A stretch of DNA of 64,000 bases from Octopus sinensis (Eukaryota), in NCBI RefSeq assembly GCF_006345805.1, contig NC_042998.1:45260001-45324000 (forward strand), given 5' to 3'. Below, one piece after another: positions 37,241-50,996 of this stretch. Each line of letters opens with the position of its first letter. The first letter of the stretch is position 1. The translations under genes and the position numbers were made by a program. The notes under the pieces were generated by a model. The model saw nothing but the letters and a program-made list of their open reading frames with translations. It did no database searches and was not told where the DNA came from.

Positions 37241-40200
37241 TTCTATACAATGATTTTCATCCAGGCTTTCCCTTTTTCTTCAATGTCTGAAATGTTTATT
37301 AATCTTTTTACACAATAAGATTGTCTATGAGTGTAGTGTAATACTTAACCACCTTAACATTCAGTGTAATTTTTCCAACCACTATATTTATGTTAATGAT
37401 TTTGTATTTCTTCATACTCTTTGACATTATTAGGGATCATACAGATCTGCAAAATTTGCCATGATTATCAGCATTTTCTCTTATTCCTTGTCAGCAACAC
37501 ATTATTAAATCTATTAAAGTTGTTTTCATTCCATATCACTTTGTACTGATCTTGTTTGTATTGAGCACTGTTAATAATATAGAGAAGTTCCCTAAACTAC
37601 ATACCTAACTTCATGGTTTTGGTTCAGTCCTACAACATGGCACCTTGTGCTAATGCCTTCTACTGTAACCTTGGCTGAGCCAAAGCCTTGTGAGAGGATT
37701 TGGTGTGACAGAAACGGAAAGAAGCCCATTATGTGTATGTGTTACTGTCTCCATACCTTGACTTTGCTTATAGTTGTAAGCAAGTATCAATGTTATGCAA
37801 GCAGGGTCCTTCATTTCCAATCTTACATGGAAACAGGTGAGACTCAGCAACAGGTAAAGCATCCAACTGTAGAAAAAGGATCTACTTCCAGAAATTCTGT
37901 CTGACCCCCAAGCAAGCATAGAAAAGTGGATGTTAATATTTGATGTGGAATGTTTCTGTAGTCAGTAAACAAAATGTGTCATCATCATTTAAGTCAGCTT
38001 TCCATGCTGGCATGTGTTGGATGGTTTGACTGGAAACTGGCAAGCTACAGAGCTGTATTAAACACCAGTGTCCTCTTTGGCATGGTTTCTGTAGCTGGAT
38101 GCCCTTCCTAATACCAACCACTCTACAGATAGTACTGGGTACGGTTGTTTTCTGTAATCATTTTCCAAAGGCCATGTTCAGTGAATTCTGTCCATTAATG
38201 CCTTGTGAAAGATAACTAGATTTACAAAATATACAAAAAAAAATAAAAACCTTTCCACTCTATACTGATATGGAATGAATTAGTGCATTCTAGTTATTCA
38301 TTAAGGTTAGATAAGATATTAAGAAAGTGATTTTTTTTCTTTTTTTTTTTTATACTTTTCAGTTTGTCTGTGATCAGGATTAGAGAATTTCTCATGACAA
38401 ACCAGATTAGTACAAAGTAATATTGGCCTGTTAGAACTGTATTAAGATTGCTAGGATTTAAGACAAGAATCTAGAAATACTGATGACAGTGAAATTTTCA
38501 AATCATGAACAACTTCTATTAATGTCAACGAGTAACCAGAAGCATTAAATATTTTAGGTTTAACTTATGTCATAGCGATAACTATTTCATTGTATCCATC
38601 GGTGCAGGTTATTGTTGTAGGAATCCTCTGCTCAGCTTTATCTATGATAAGCGTGGCCATAAAGCAAAGGTTGTCATTTGTCTTTAATATATATATTAAA
38701 GATAATCTCAGGTCTGCCAAAGTTTGAAATATTTCATATTTTAAATGGAACTGAATAGTAATAATAATAAAGTTGTCAGTTGGGATTTTACCTGATGTCT
38801 CCTAGAAATGAGTTGATATTTTGCCGTTTCTGATGGCATTTCAGTCTTTCATGTAAGAGTTTGCTTTTTGTTTTTACATATGTGATACATATATAGTTAT
38901 ATATATAACTTTATTGCTTTATTTTGTTACATTTTCCTTTTATAGCTAACACTGATACAAATTAGTTGAGAGTCTGGTATATTTTTAATTACATGTATTT
39001 TAGTATTCTCAAAGCAGTTTTCAGCCTTTCAATGTCTCATCATTTTATTTTCTACTTTTGAATTCCGTTCTTATGAAGCCAATATTCTATTTTATCAGCA
39101 GGCTTTAGATTAAAGAGGTTTTTTTTTTTGGTTTTTTTGGTGGTGTTTTTAGAAAATAAAGTACAGTACCCATCAAATGAACTGTTGGTTGGGTAATTAT
39201 TTTTATTGAACCCAACTGAATATTTTGGTACTTATTGCAAAATATAAGTCTCATAGCTTTTATTTAATAATAATTTTCTGCGTTAAATTTTTCTCAGTTC
39301 CAAAAAAGAATTAAGTATATTTGCATTTCATCGAGAATCAAGTTATTTTGACACAAACTAAACAATAGACTAAGTTTTGTATAGTAGTAGCTCCCTTCTG
39401 TTACCAATGAAAAAAAGTTATGTCATCATTTGTACTACCTACATTACATTGCTTACTAAAAGCAGAACTAAAATAATATAAGAGACATTTATTGATTTGT
39501 ATTTATCATTTGTTGTATCTTACTGTATTTTGTAGTATTTATGAGATTTTTAGACACATTATTCCTGAAGTATATTTATCTTCTTCTGTTACTGTAGTCA
39601 GTTGAGGTGTATATTATTAACTCTCTTTCTACAGAAAGCAAAAAATATTACATTGAAACATTAAATTAATTTCGCAGTTTATAGCTATAATATGGTTATG
39701 AATTAGAAAGTGATAAACTCTTATTCTTACTTATAAAGAGAAAGAAGCAATGCTTTAGCAAATACAGAGATTATTCTTTAGAATTTTTTCATAACTTTAA
39801 ATTTGATATTTTTTTCCAGATAGCATTCAGTAAGACAGATTGTGTTTTATAGATGTAAATACAAACTCCAGGTTATAATTCAACATCATTGGATGTTGTT
39901 GTTTTATTTTAATTGTTATAATGATTAGATTTAACATTATTTATTGGCTTCATAGCAGTTCTACTCAACTGAGATTTAGAAGTTGTGTTAGGAGTTTATA
40001 TGGAAACAAATTTGAAAAATAGATTAGGGAGTTAACTTTCAAAATCATAGAATATACCATCTCATCATTTCAGATAATAACTCTGTGCCTAATAAGTTAT
40101 ATAGGTCAAAATAATGATTTCTTATACTGATTCAGATTCTCTAATTTGTAGGAGAGGCGAGTTATATTAAATCAAATTAACCCTGATGTATGTCAAGCAC

Positions 40201-41077
40201 TTATCTAAACAACTCTGGAAGGATGAACCTGTTAGACATTTTGAATTGATTTTTTAAAATAATATATTGAATGAGGACTTTATGTGTAATGGAGGTGATG
40301 TGAAGTGAATCTGTAGAGAAAATTGTGTTCAGATGAGAAAATGTGTTTAGGAATTTATCATTTGTGTTTTATTGTGACTACAGAGATTTTGATTTTAAAA
40401 TAGGTAGCCACATCTCTGCATATCATAAGGCTTGGCAACAGAAAAGGCGTCAAACCATAAAACACTACTGCAGAAAACCCACTTAACCCATACCAACATG
40501 GAAAATCCTCATCATTTGTCCACTTTTCCATGCTCATACATGTCTGATGGAATTTGTTGAGGCAGATTTTCCTGTGGCTGGATGCCTATTCTGTCACTAA
40601 CCCTCACTTGTCTCCAAATATGGTTTTCCCATGGCTAGACATATTTTTAATTGACTATGGGAAACAAAAACCTCACTTGTTTGAGATTGATGCTCATTTA
40701 CAGCCATTTTGTGATGTCTAAAATACTAGTATGCACAAACACATACATGTATACACACACACACACACACACGCACACATATATAAGACAAACTTCTTTG
40801 CAGTTTCTGTCTAGCAAATCCATTCACAAGACTTCATTGGCCTGAGGACTATAGTAGAAGACACTTACCCAAGGTGTCATACCATGGGACCAGATCCAAG
40901 ACCACACTGTGAGGAAGCAATCTTCTTTCTTCATAACCATGAATGCATGGTTAAAAAAGAAATAGTCATAAAATGACTATGATGTAACTAAGTGGGTTTG
41001 AAGATATTGTAAGAAAAGAACTAATGGCAGAACATATTGAAAAACTAGACAGTAGTAGTGGAGGTGCAATGGCCCAG

Positions 41078-41357
41078 TGGTTAGGGCAGCAGACTCACAG
41101 TTGGAGGATCATGGTTTTGATTCCCAGACCGGATGTTGTGTGTGTTTATTGAGCAAAAACACCTAAAGTTCCACAAGGCTCCAGCAGGGGTGGAGGCGAT
41201 CCTTGTTGTACTCTTTCACCCCAACTTTCTCTCACTCTTTCTTCCTGTTTCTTGAGTAACGCTGCGATGGACTGGGGGGGGGGGGGCATATATGCCACAA
41301 AAACCAGGAAACCAGGCCCATGAGCCTGGTTAAGCTTGAAAAGGGTGCATAAATAAA
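41078..41357 (+). mobile_element. tRNA-Arg-like SINE
   Basis: GTGGAGGTGCAATGGCCCAGTGGTTAGGGCAGCAGACTC.. homologous to 1-147 and 32773-33075. Confidence 0.8.
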
Positions 41358-41868
41358 TGACAGTAGTAGTAATCAGTGTAGGGAAAAAATATTAGCTTTT
41401 CTCCTCCCCTACTCTCAGACACATTCGGTCTAACCATCATAAGCACTAATAAATCAAGGACTAGTACTCTATCCAAATAAAGAGGTATCTCTCGGCTCCT
41501 TCCATGCCATGAAACTAGACCTGAACACCAATCCTTAAAATTCCTTTAGGATTTACCAGATATATACCTTTGCTTTTCTACAACTACCTTTCTAGATGCC
41601 AAGCCCTGTATAAGCAAGCAGTCAATCCTGCTGCACCTCAATATTTTTCATAAACATTCCATGACTATATTTTCAAATTCCAACTATTTCTGATTTTCAC
41701 GTACATGATGACTCAATATTCTGCTTGTGTGTGTGTAATACACATATATCATTGTAAGCCAGTGAAGGGATTCGTATGTATTCACTTGACTTGCTAGAAA
41801 TAGCAACCAGATTTCCTCAAATCACCACTACCATTTAAAAAAAAAAAGGACACATTAGCCAATATATA

Positions 41869-42098
41869 TTTCTTTACTACCCACAAGGGGCTAAACACAG
41901 AGGGGGCAAACAAGGACAGACAAACGGATTAAGTCAATTCTATCGACCCCAGTGCGTAACTGGTACTTAATTTATCGACCCCGAAAGGATGAAAGGCAAA
42001 GTCGACCTCGGCGGAATTTGAACTCAGAACGTAATGGCAGATGAAATACGGCTACGCATTTCGCCCGGCGTGCCAACGTTTCTGCCAGCTCGCCGCCT
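41869..42098 (-). mobile_element. SINE family A, young copy
   Basis: Retains CpGs. Flanked by repeated TTAGCCAATATA (TSD-like); the right flank also carries a 27-bp tandem duplication. Confidence 0.88.
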
Positions 42099-44976
42099 AT
42101 AATTAGCCAATATAGTGTAGTCTTTAATATTAGCCAACATAGTGTAGTCTTTAATATACAAAAAAAAAAACAGGATGGTTACAGGTAAAATACTTTTGAT
42201 ATATACATCTCATCAATTAGTGCAGAACTGGGGCTAAACGACATTGTGTCTACACATAGATATTATACTTCCACTCCTACACAATGCTAATTAGATTCGG
42301 CAACATGTAAACTTTGGCCTAGAAAATTATTTCTATGAACACAGAGAAAAAAGGGTACTCTGAGCATTGTTGTCACCGCTTCTTTACAAACAATGTACTT
42401 GCTGCCCTCAGCATACCATGTCATATCCCCACCAACTCAGTGAAATACGTTGACATCATACCACATTGCACACACAAAATAGGAAAGAAAAGAAAGCAAA
42501 ATGGTTGAGTACCTGATATGCAATTAATAGCACAATGTCATTAAAATATATGAGGTTTAAAGATTAAAAAGTTGAAAAGATTTCCTACTGTAGGCACAAG
42601 GATTGGGATTTTAGGGAAAGGGGCTAACCAATTACATCAATTCCGCTGCTCAACTGATATTTATTTTATCAACCCTGAAAAGATGAAAGGTAAAATCAAC
42701 TTTGGTGGGGTTTGAACTCAGAACATAGAGATTCTGCCAGCTCACCACCATCCTCATCTATATAATATAGAGGTTATTATAATATAGCATAACTGTTAAT
42801 CTGTCTAAAACAATATTCTCATGCTCTTCTGCCGGGCTATATATACATTTTTTCATAGTTAAAATGACTTTTTAGTCCATATGGACACAGATTATGAATT
42901 GGTCTACCCTACAAGACCACCCATCCTCCACAGCAGAAGTATTAAGACCACTCTCTCTGGTTAAGAGGATTAGCCTGCAAGAGTCATGTACCAGTGCCAT
43001 ATTAAAAGCACCCAGCATACACTGTTAAGTAGTTGGTGTAAGGAAGGGCATCTAGCTGTAGAAACCAATCCAGATCAGACTAGAACTTGGTGTAGCTCTC
43101 CAGCTTGCCAGCTCTGGTCAAACCATCCAACCCATGCTATCATGGAAAATGGACATTAAAGGATGATGATTATGATGATAGGGTGCTATAATGGATTGGT
43201 TGCTGCCTATGTTGCAGATTCCTTCTCTGTAATGATGGTGTAGTCCAAAAGATGGGTAACTACAAATACAACTGGCAGCAGTATTTCCTCAAGAGTTGTT
43301 AAAATGGTCTTGTTTACCTCCAGGTCAGCCCTGGTTGGGTAAATTTATAATCAAAAGCACTCTATCGTTTTTTCCTTTTTGACTCAATATATCAAGGACT
43401 ACATTAATCCACTGGAACCTTTTTTTTAAGATGGTAAGGTGTGATGTGTTGATATGAGGGAGATTTGGTTTACCCTTTTTTATTTATTTATTTTTTGTTA
43501 TGTAAGTAACTTCTTGGTTTCCCCATTTCTAAAAGTGATTTTGAAAAGTGTTGGAGTGCTTTAGATTTAAGGTGTCAAATATATTCATTAATCAGGATCA
43601 TAGTCTACCTCCTCTCATAAGAAAGGTGATGTTTGAGGCTAGACATTGAAATGGTATCTCACACAAGAAGTGCTGAGCTCAATTCTGCAAGCTAATAATC
43701 CACATGTCAGTTGTATAGGACTACCATTGCTTACAGTTGCAAATTATTCTTACCCTACAGTTACTATTTTCAGCTAGGTGGGCTGGATTATTTAAAAGTT
43801 AAAGTTAGTCACTATTACAAACTACTGAACCCCCATTACTCGTCTATATTCTCATTAAGCAACAACTATGAAAATATTAATGTAACATAATCTTGCTGCC
43901 TCTCCGGTACATGAAAGTTCCATGACTGCATAATTCTGGGTTTTGTTATAAAAGCCTATCAAAGACTGTTTAAATTCTCATTGGCATATATTGCTTTTTA
44001 TCTGTCTTTTGTTTTAAATTATTTGGAGTTTTTAGAATCAATTTATTCTTGTTACCAGATTGAAAGATACAGCTGTCACTATCAGATAATTTCATTACAT
44101 TTTATAATTTTGTTATTCTTGGTTACATTGTCAGCTGTTATTGAACAGTGCAATGGCATGGAAATAGTCAACAAATGCTGAGCATGACCTATACTTCAGA
44201 CATCCTATGGATTTGTCTAACAGAAAACTTCACTGCACATGCTGAAATTGTCTGAGATATTAATTACTCAAGGATGGATACATTCCATTTACTGAATGTG
44301 TACACGCTTGATATTTGTTTATATTTGGGGTTCAAAAAGGTCCAACTAAAGCATAAATGGTTTTCATATTCACAGTTTACTATTAGTAGTATTCCTTTCC
44401 TAAATAAATAATCCATTGGTACTATCTGATCTAATGACTTTTATGTCTCTTGTCCAATTATTCTAACTATTCAGTACTCTCTCAGTATTTTCTTTTTGTC
44501 TTATATTATTGCCTGTACTATTGCTATTAGTTGTACATACACATTGGAAACTATCTAAGTCTGTTTTTTCTGTCCGAAAGTGTTTTGCAACCTATTATTT
44601 ACTTGCCATTATTTATAACATTTGTACTTCAAGACCCAATTCCAAAATTGAATTATTTCATTCATATATATATATATATATAACTTTCTCTAGTTAGTAA
44701 AAATGGTCAAAGCTTCTTCCAAGCTTCAACCCATACCTCCTAGAAAGGGTGTCGTATGGTTGTGCCATCAACTATGTAAATATGCATTTATAAGTTAAAA
44801 AGCATATAATAAAGAGGGTCAATTGCATTTTTGTGCCTGACCCACCGACCAATATCTGATGAGGATTTGGTGACCTTCTATGTCTGTTTTCCGTTTGTTT
44901 GTGCATTTATTGTATATTTTTTAACTTATTGTTTAATGGAATTCCACATACTCTTATGTTGTTTACAGTAAGTGTT

Positions 44977-45007
<31 letters not shown>

Positions 45008-48000
45008 CGATAAATGTGGCTGTATAGGAAATGAACATAAACTTGTGTTGGAAAATAGTAAGATCTGAGGAAACTAGTGATGTTTTTATTTCAGCAAGAA
45101 GTAATTCAAATAATAAAGCAGTGGTATAAATGTGATGGGGATATCCAATGTTGGCTACAAATGTAATTGTGTCTGTACAGCTGATCATTCATGTTTGTAT
45201 CTATATAAGATTTTCCATAATTGTATGTTTCCATGTAGAGTTGACCATAAATGTATGCATCTATGTAGATGAAAGTGCATAGCTCAGTGGCTAGAGTGTT
45301 GTGGAGTGGTTTGCTCAAGGACACATCACATCACCCAATCCAGGAATTGAAACTACAATCATACGATTATGAGTCCAGCACTCTAACCACTAAGCCAAAC
45401 AGCTCCACATGTTTCTATATATGGTTAACCAAAAATGTATGCTTTTCTGTAGGGTTACTATAGACGTTAGTGTCAATGTAGTATTGAACATTAAAAAATG
45501 TTTTTATATGTCTATATTGGATTGACCATGAATGTATGTGTCTATGTAGGGTTAACTATAATTGTATATAAGAACTGACTGCAAATTTACTATCTATATA
45601 GATCATACTATTAATGTATTTATTTAGTGGTGACAAATGTTTATGTTGGGTTAACAACAAATGTGTTTATGTCCATGTAGTGTTGACCACAGATGTGTTT
45701 ATGTACAAGAATCTTGAAGACTAATTATTCTAAAAAGATGGGTTCATTTATCCTTAACTCCAGTTAAGCCCATGTAGACTAATAGCTTGTGCATTTATTT
45801 CAATGTTTACAATCCTTTTATTCATTAAAGAGCATACCTGTCATCCTTAGTGCACTCTAGTAGTCTTTGTTGTGAAGTTGACTGATGTATGAACATGTGA
45901 AAAGAGAGAGAGACCTTCTAAAACATAAAGGTATTTACATCAGAAGTGTCTATACCCTCAAAAGATGGTAGACATCAGTTAATAATGTTGAGTGTTCCCT
46001 GTTGGCTCAGTGTGTAGAAGTGAAGGGCACAGCATGTGAACAGTGGAATACTGAAGTAAACAAGGAAGAACTTGAGAGTTTAGGCAAAAAAAAGCAAAAA
46101 ACTTAGAGGCTCCATATAATTCTGGCTATGTATCTAGAAAGTTGAACAGGCAAAATTCCTGACTGTATTAAAGAAGTAGGATAAAAAGAGTGAAGTATTT
46201 AGGTTAACAATAAGAATAAAGCAGAATGTCAAGTGTGCGTGTGTGTCTGTCTGTCTGTGTATGAGTGTGGTGCAGAAGGCGGCTTTCAGTGACAACTAGA
46301 AAAAAAAAAAAGTTACATGAAAGTACTACTTTAACATATGTTAAATAGCAAGATTTCTATTTCATGTTATCTTCATTGAAAGACTAACCAGGCATAAAAG
46401 AACATGAATGAAGGAAATTGGAAGAAGGTAATAAGTCATGGATGTAACCAATGTTAAATGCTTCCGCTTCATTATAGTAAAGTTAATAACATTTTAGTTA
46501 AGTATATGCTTATCCTATAACTAACACTATATCTTATGACCGATACTAGTAAAATGGCTACAGTTGTGAGAGTGATCTGTAGGCATTTTTAAAATAGTCT
46601 ACATTAAATATTAGTGAAGTAATGCAAGCTAATAGTCTTGATCGGTTAAGTAATATGTGCAATATTTATATTTAAAATATATGAAGGAAATTAGTTGATT
46701 GTATTTTTTCCACCACATTATAAATTCTTCTTGTCTAAGCTAGAACAGAGAATCTGCTTTCAAAACAGGTAACTAGGTGGAAAATGTAAAATTAGTTGTG
46801 GATTAATAATGTCCAATATAATCTATTAAAACATTGTTTTGTTTCCTCTGTACAGGAAAGCGATCAACTAGAAATCAAATAATGAGCACGTATATATAAA
46901 TAGATTTTGCACCAGCTATTAATAGAACATATTCTAGTCAGTATTGAAATAGATTCAGAAAACTTTTGATTAGAAATCTGTGTAAATTGCCAGGAATTAT
47001 TTAATCCTGGAAACTTCATAGAGCTCTAAAAGAAAGAATAAATGACTAATTTAAACTATTTTAAACTATTTCAAAGATACATCAAGCAAAATTGACTAAT
47101 TTGCTCGTGTTGTCATGGATATCTAAATGTATGCAATTTGTTATGAAATTTCTTTTGTTTTTATATTTATTAAAAATGACCAAATGTTATGAAAAATAAT
47201 TAAACTGTCATCTCAAAGGTCTTGAGTTCAAATTTGCTGCAGGTGCTTTACTGTGCATTTGAGAACAGAGAGCAGATTGTTGAGGGGTGTTACCCAAAAC
47301 AAACCAGTGTTCTATCCAATCCTATTTATTTCTCCTGTCCATGCTAAGAAACTGCAGTTAAGTATCAATATGATAAAGGCCACTTTGGCTTAGTGGACTT
47401 GTACTTTTTGTGTGTGTGTGATAGAACTCATTATATAGCATATAACTAGTCTCTTAGTGTGCTACATTAAATTGATTGTCTTTCATTAATCATTAACATC
47501 ATCTTATCACACAACATAATGATCAAGATGATACTTCTGTTGCTAGATAAATTTTAGGTGGAAGCATGTTATCTAGATATCTTGCTGACAGAAATTGCCA
47601 GTCAATAAGTATTAAGCAGATGGTATTCTGAGCTGGAACACTTCATGCTTATTATTATATTTGCTAATAGAACTTTGTCATTTACTTGAATGAAGCATTG
47701 TCATTTCAAGATAGCAATAGGAAGGTAATTAAAACCACTTAATGTAAAATTGAAGAAGAAATAATTTATCCAATATTTCAGTTTTAATTGGCTCTAATTA
47801 GATACTGAAATGTTTGAAATGAAAAGTAAGACTGCGAACTAGAGGAAAATAGTAGTGGCAAGTGCAGAGATATACATTGCAGAATGGATGTGTGAACTGT
47901 GATATTCAAATCATGAAATAAACTATTAATTATCAAGGACCTCATGGCGATTTATCAATCTGCATTTGCAGATGTGTAATAAGAATCACTTCTGTTAATT

Positions 48001-50765
48001 CTTTAGTTACCACTGATTCTATCAAAGGCCTTTATATTGTAAATTCTGTATTCTGGCAACTGCTGAGATAAGGTTGTCATATTCTTATACAACTACTTAT
48101 ATAAAGCATTTTATTCTTTTTAATACAGTACTCTATGTAATTTCTAAGGCATTTGTTAGCATTTCCAAGTGGCCAGTTTAACCTTTGTAGATAGACCATT
48201 TGAGAGATGGGGTAACTTCTTAGTCTGAAATGAAAGGGCTGTATATTCAACCTTTCTTTCAACACAGCAAATCTAATCACATTATTTGCAGATTCACTTA
48301 AGCTCATAGCTGTTGATCCAATGAAGTATAATAATTTTATCCTATTTTTCCTTCATTTTTTAACCATGTTCTAATAAAGGCTTCATGGTGTCCATTTTGT
48401 CTCATGATATAAAACTGCTTAATATCAATCATGTTTTCCACTTTATTACATTCATTTTCGATTATTGATTTTGTTAGTATATAAGAATTTGGCACTGGTT
48501 GACAAAGCTAATTTGAAACAAATTAACAAACCATTCTGTAGAAGTTGATGAATATGTTTATCTGTTATTTTCATTATTTTTAGTGGGAAACAGGGGGGTT
48601 ACAAAAGGAATAGCAATGACTTTGAAAATATTTCCTACTTGTTTTGTAAGAATATCTTAACATACGAATATCATCATGCATATATATCTCTTATAAACTG
48701 GTGTTGTATTTATATTGTACCATTTTGCTCTGTAACTTATTTGTTAAATAAATAGGGGTTGATGAAACAAATACCTCTGTGAAACAGCTCCTCACCATCA
48801 CTGTCAAAGTAGTTCCCAAAAATAGTTGCAGTAAACTAATTGTTTCTAATATAGACCAATTTTTGAAGTGGGAGGGGAGCTTAGTTTATTTCTTCACCCC
48901 CAAGTATTCGACTGATACTTTATTTCATCAATCTTGGAGGGATGAAAAGCAAATTTAACCTTGGCGGTATTTGAACTCAGAATGTAAAGAGCCAGAACAA
49001 ACAAGGCATTTTGTCCAATGCTCCACTGATTCTGCCAGCTTACCATGCTCAGTAAAATAATAAAATATTTCATAAAAACAGTGCAATATTTTGCACCCTT
49101 GTTTGTTCATAGGAGATTACCAGCAGCCTAAATAGGTTCAAACCCATCATAATCTCTCATGTACATTGTAACAACATAAGTATTGTTCACAATTTCAGAT
49201 AACAATTGCTGAATATCTGACATAGAATATTTTTCATGCTTACAGCATGGACTGTCTTAGTGTCTAATGACACCGTCCCTTTTCCTGAACGAGAAATAAT
49301 TTATTAGAGTTCTCTGAGAAATTATTGGGCTTGTATCTCACTACTTAAATTAGTAGAGTATTTGTTACTGGACGAGAAGTGGTCCACCAGGATGCTTACA
49401 GCAAGTTGAGCTGGTGCAAATGTAAGCCAGAGAATAAAATTACACCCAGAGTGAAAGCATAACTGCTTACACATACTAAAAATTCTCTAGTTTATGCAAT
49501 CTAGTGATTTTATTCTCAGTGCTATCAGCATGTCATGGAAAGATCTACAGAAAGTGTCTAAGAATCCTGGATATCATTTACTTGTTTCAGTCATTAGACT
49601 GTAACCTTGTTGGGGTACTGTTGAACATGAACAGTTCAATACTTAATACAGTGGGCCTGACTTTTTTTTAATCAGATCCACATTTGTTAGTTTTGATTAG
49701 ATGGTAAAATGTAAGCAATCTGCTATTCTTGCTGAGAATGTTGGATTTAATTTTTGACAGATCTCTTTTCTTGTATATCCATGTTTTCGTCTTGTTAGAA
49801 CCTATTTTTGACTTTTCAGTTTAAGATTGAGATTAAACCTAAATACTGAAAATAATCTCTTTTGCTCCAATTCTACTGTGTTAAGTGATTTTATTTAATT
49901 CTGTTTCTGTATGTGGCTAATATCTTTGATAAAGTTACAAAGATTACATACTCTTTTTCTATTTCCTATCAAACCAAGATCTTGTGCCTAAGAAAGAAAT
50001 CTATGGAATAATGTCTGGGACCCACCTCAATTTTTGCCAAGTTTGATATCCGCTTTTAACATAATAGGATGTAATTTTAGAGAGACTTGGCTACTATTTC
50101 TAGCAGGTTAGATGATTCAATACAAAGATTAGGGTAGTTTATGCTTCTTTTTTTTTCCACTCTGAGTACATCACTCTTAATATATAGCTATTACAATAAT
50201 GATTTATACGAGTTATATAAATGTGACTGTTATCTTCGTACTTTGGCTAATGAAGGTAAAATATCTATTATATCTGTATTAGTAATGACAATGTACTGGT
50301 GACATTTCAATATGAAAGAAATTATAGTTCTGCACAATAATGAAGAAATCAATGCTGAAATTATTTCTTAACACACATTTACCTAAATTCAAGGACGTTG
50401 ATTTGAAAGCCTATTAACAACACAGTCATGGCTTGCCATGATATAAGCTTCTTTGTGTTGAGAAGAAACAACTTTATTTAGATATAAATGCTTATCAGTA
50501 AATTTGAAAAGAAAAAAATTAGGTTGGTTGGCCAAGTTGAAGTTCAAGATATTTCTATTCTGGACAATCAAGTGAGAAATCAGTTATTGAAGTGCTTACA
50601 AGGGTGGCAGTTGAATGAATTGCTTAATTAGTAATAAATTAATTAATAGTTAGAAGATTGATAGTCTATCAATAGATGTTTTGGTGTACATTAATTGCTA
50701 TTGTATTACCATTTATCCTTTGTTCTTTGATGTTCACGGTTGTTTTCATTCATTACTCCCTCCAG

Positions 50766-50996
50766 GAATTTATTCCGTCGCAGCAAGGACACTACAAATA
50801 TTGTTCCAGCCGAAAGTGAACCTGGCTGGAAATTGTTTGGACGGATTCCTCCAAAAGAGTCAACACCTAAAAATCCGTGGCAAATTTCGGACGAGTACCA
50901 TGCTAAACAGAAAGCCAGCCAAATGGTGGCGGCACGAGCCAGAAAGGACATTGAAGTAATGTCCACTACAGCATTAATCTTGGAAAACCGCCCTGG
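50766..50996 (+). CDS. TBC1D12/TBC1D14: Internal coding exon of a TBC1D12/TBC1D14-family Rab GTPase-activating protein
   Basis: Translation (R)NLFRRSKDTTNIVPAESEPGWKLFGRIPPKESTPKNPWQISDEYHAKQKASQMVAARARKDIEVMSTTALILENRP(G). It carries the family motifs PGWKLFG(K/R)xP and STTALILE(D/N)RP that precede the TBC domain. Acceptor TTACTCCCTCCAG (AG 50764-50765) and donor GTGAGT (50997-51002); 231 nt, phase 2-2. Confidence 0.9.

Noticed and set aside
38479-38510. CTGATGA-CAGT-GAAA-TTTTCAAATC, a hammerhead-like core
   Set aside because: A weak AU-only stem III is possible but stems I and II do not pair; not homologous to the PLE tail.
41078-41150. tRNA-like sequences (also 70-147, 33000-33075, 28070-28135)
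   Set aside because: They lack a closable cloverleaf and continue into SINE bodies; SINE heads, not tRNA genes.
48487-48510. TTTGGCACTGG resembling a miR-96/182-family seed
   Set aside because: No complementary star arm nearby, so no precursor hairpin.
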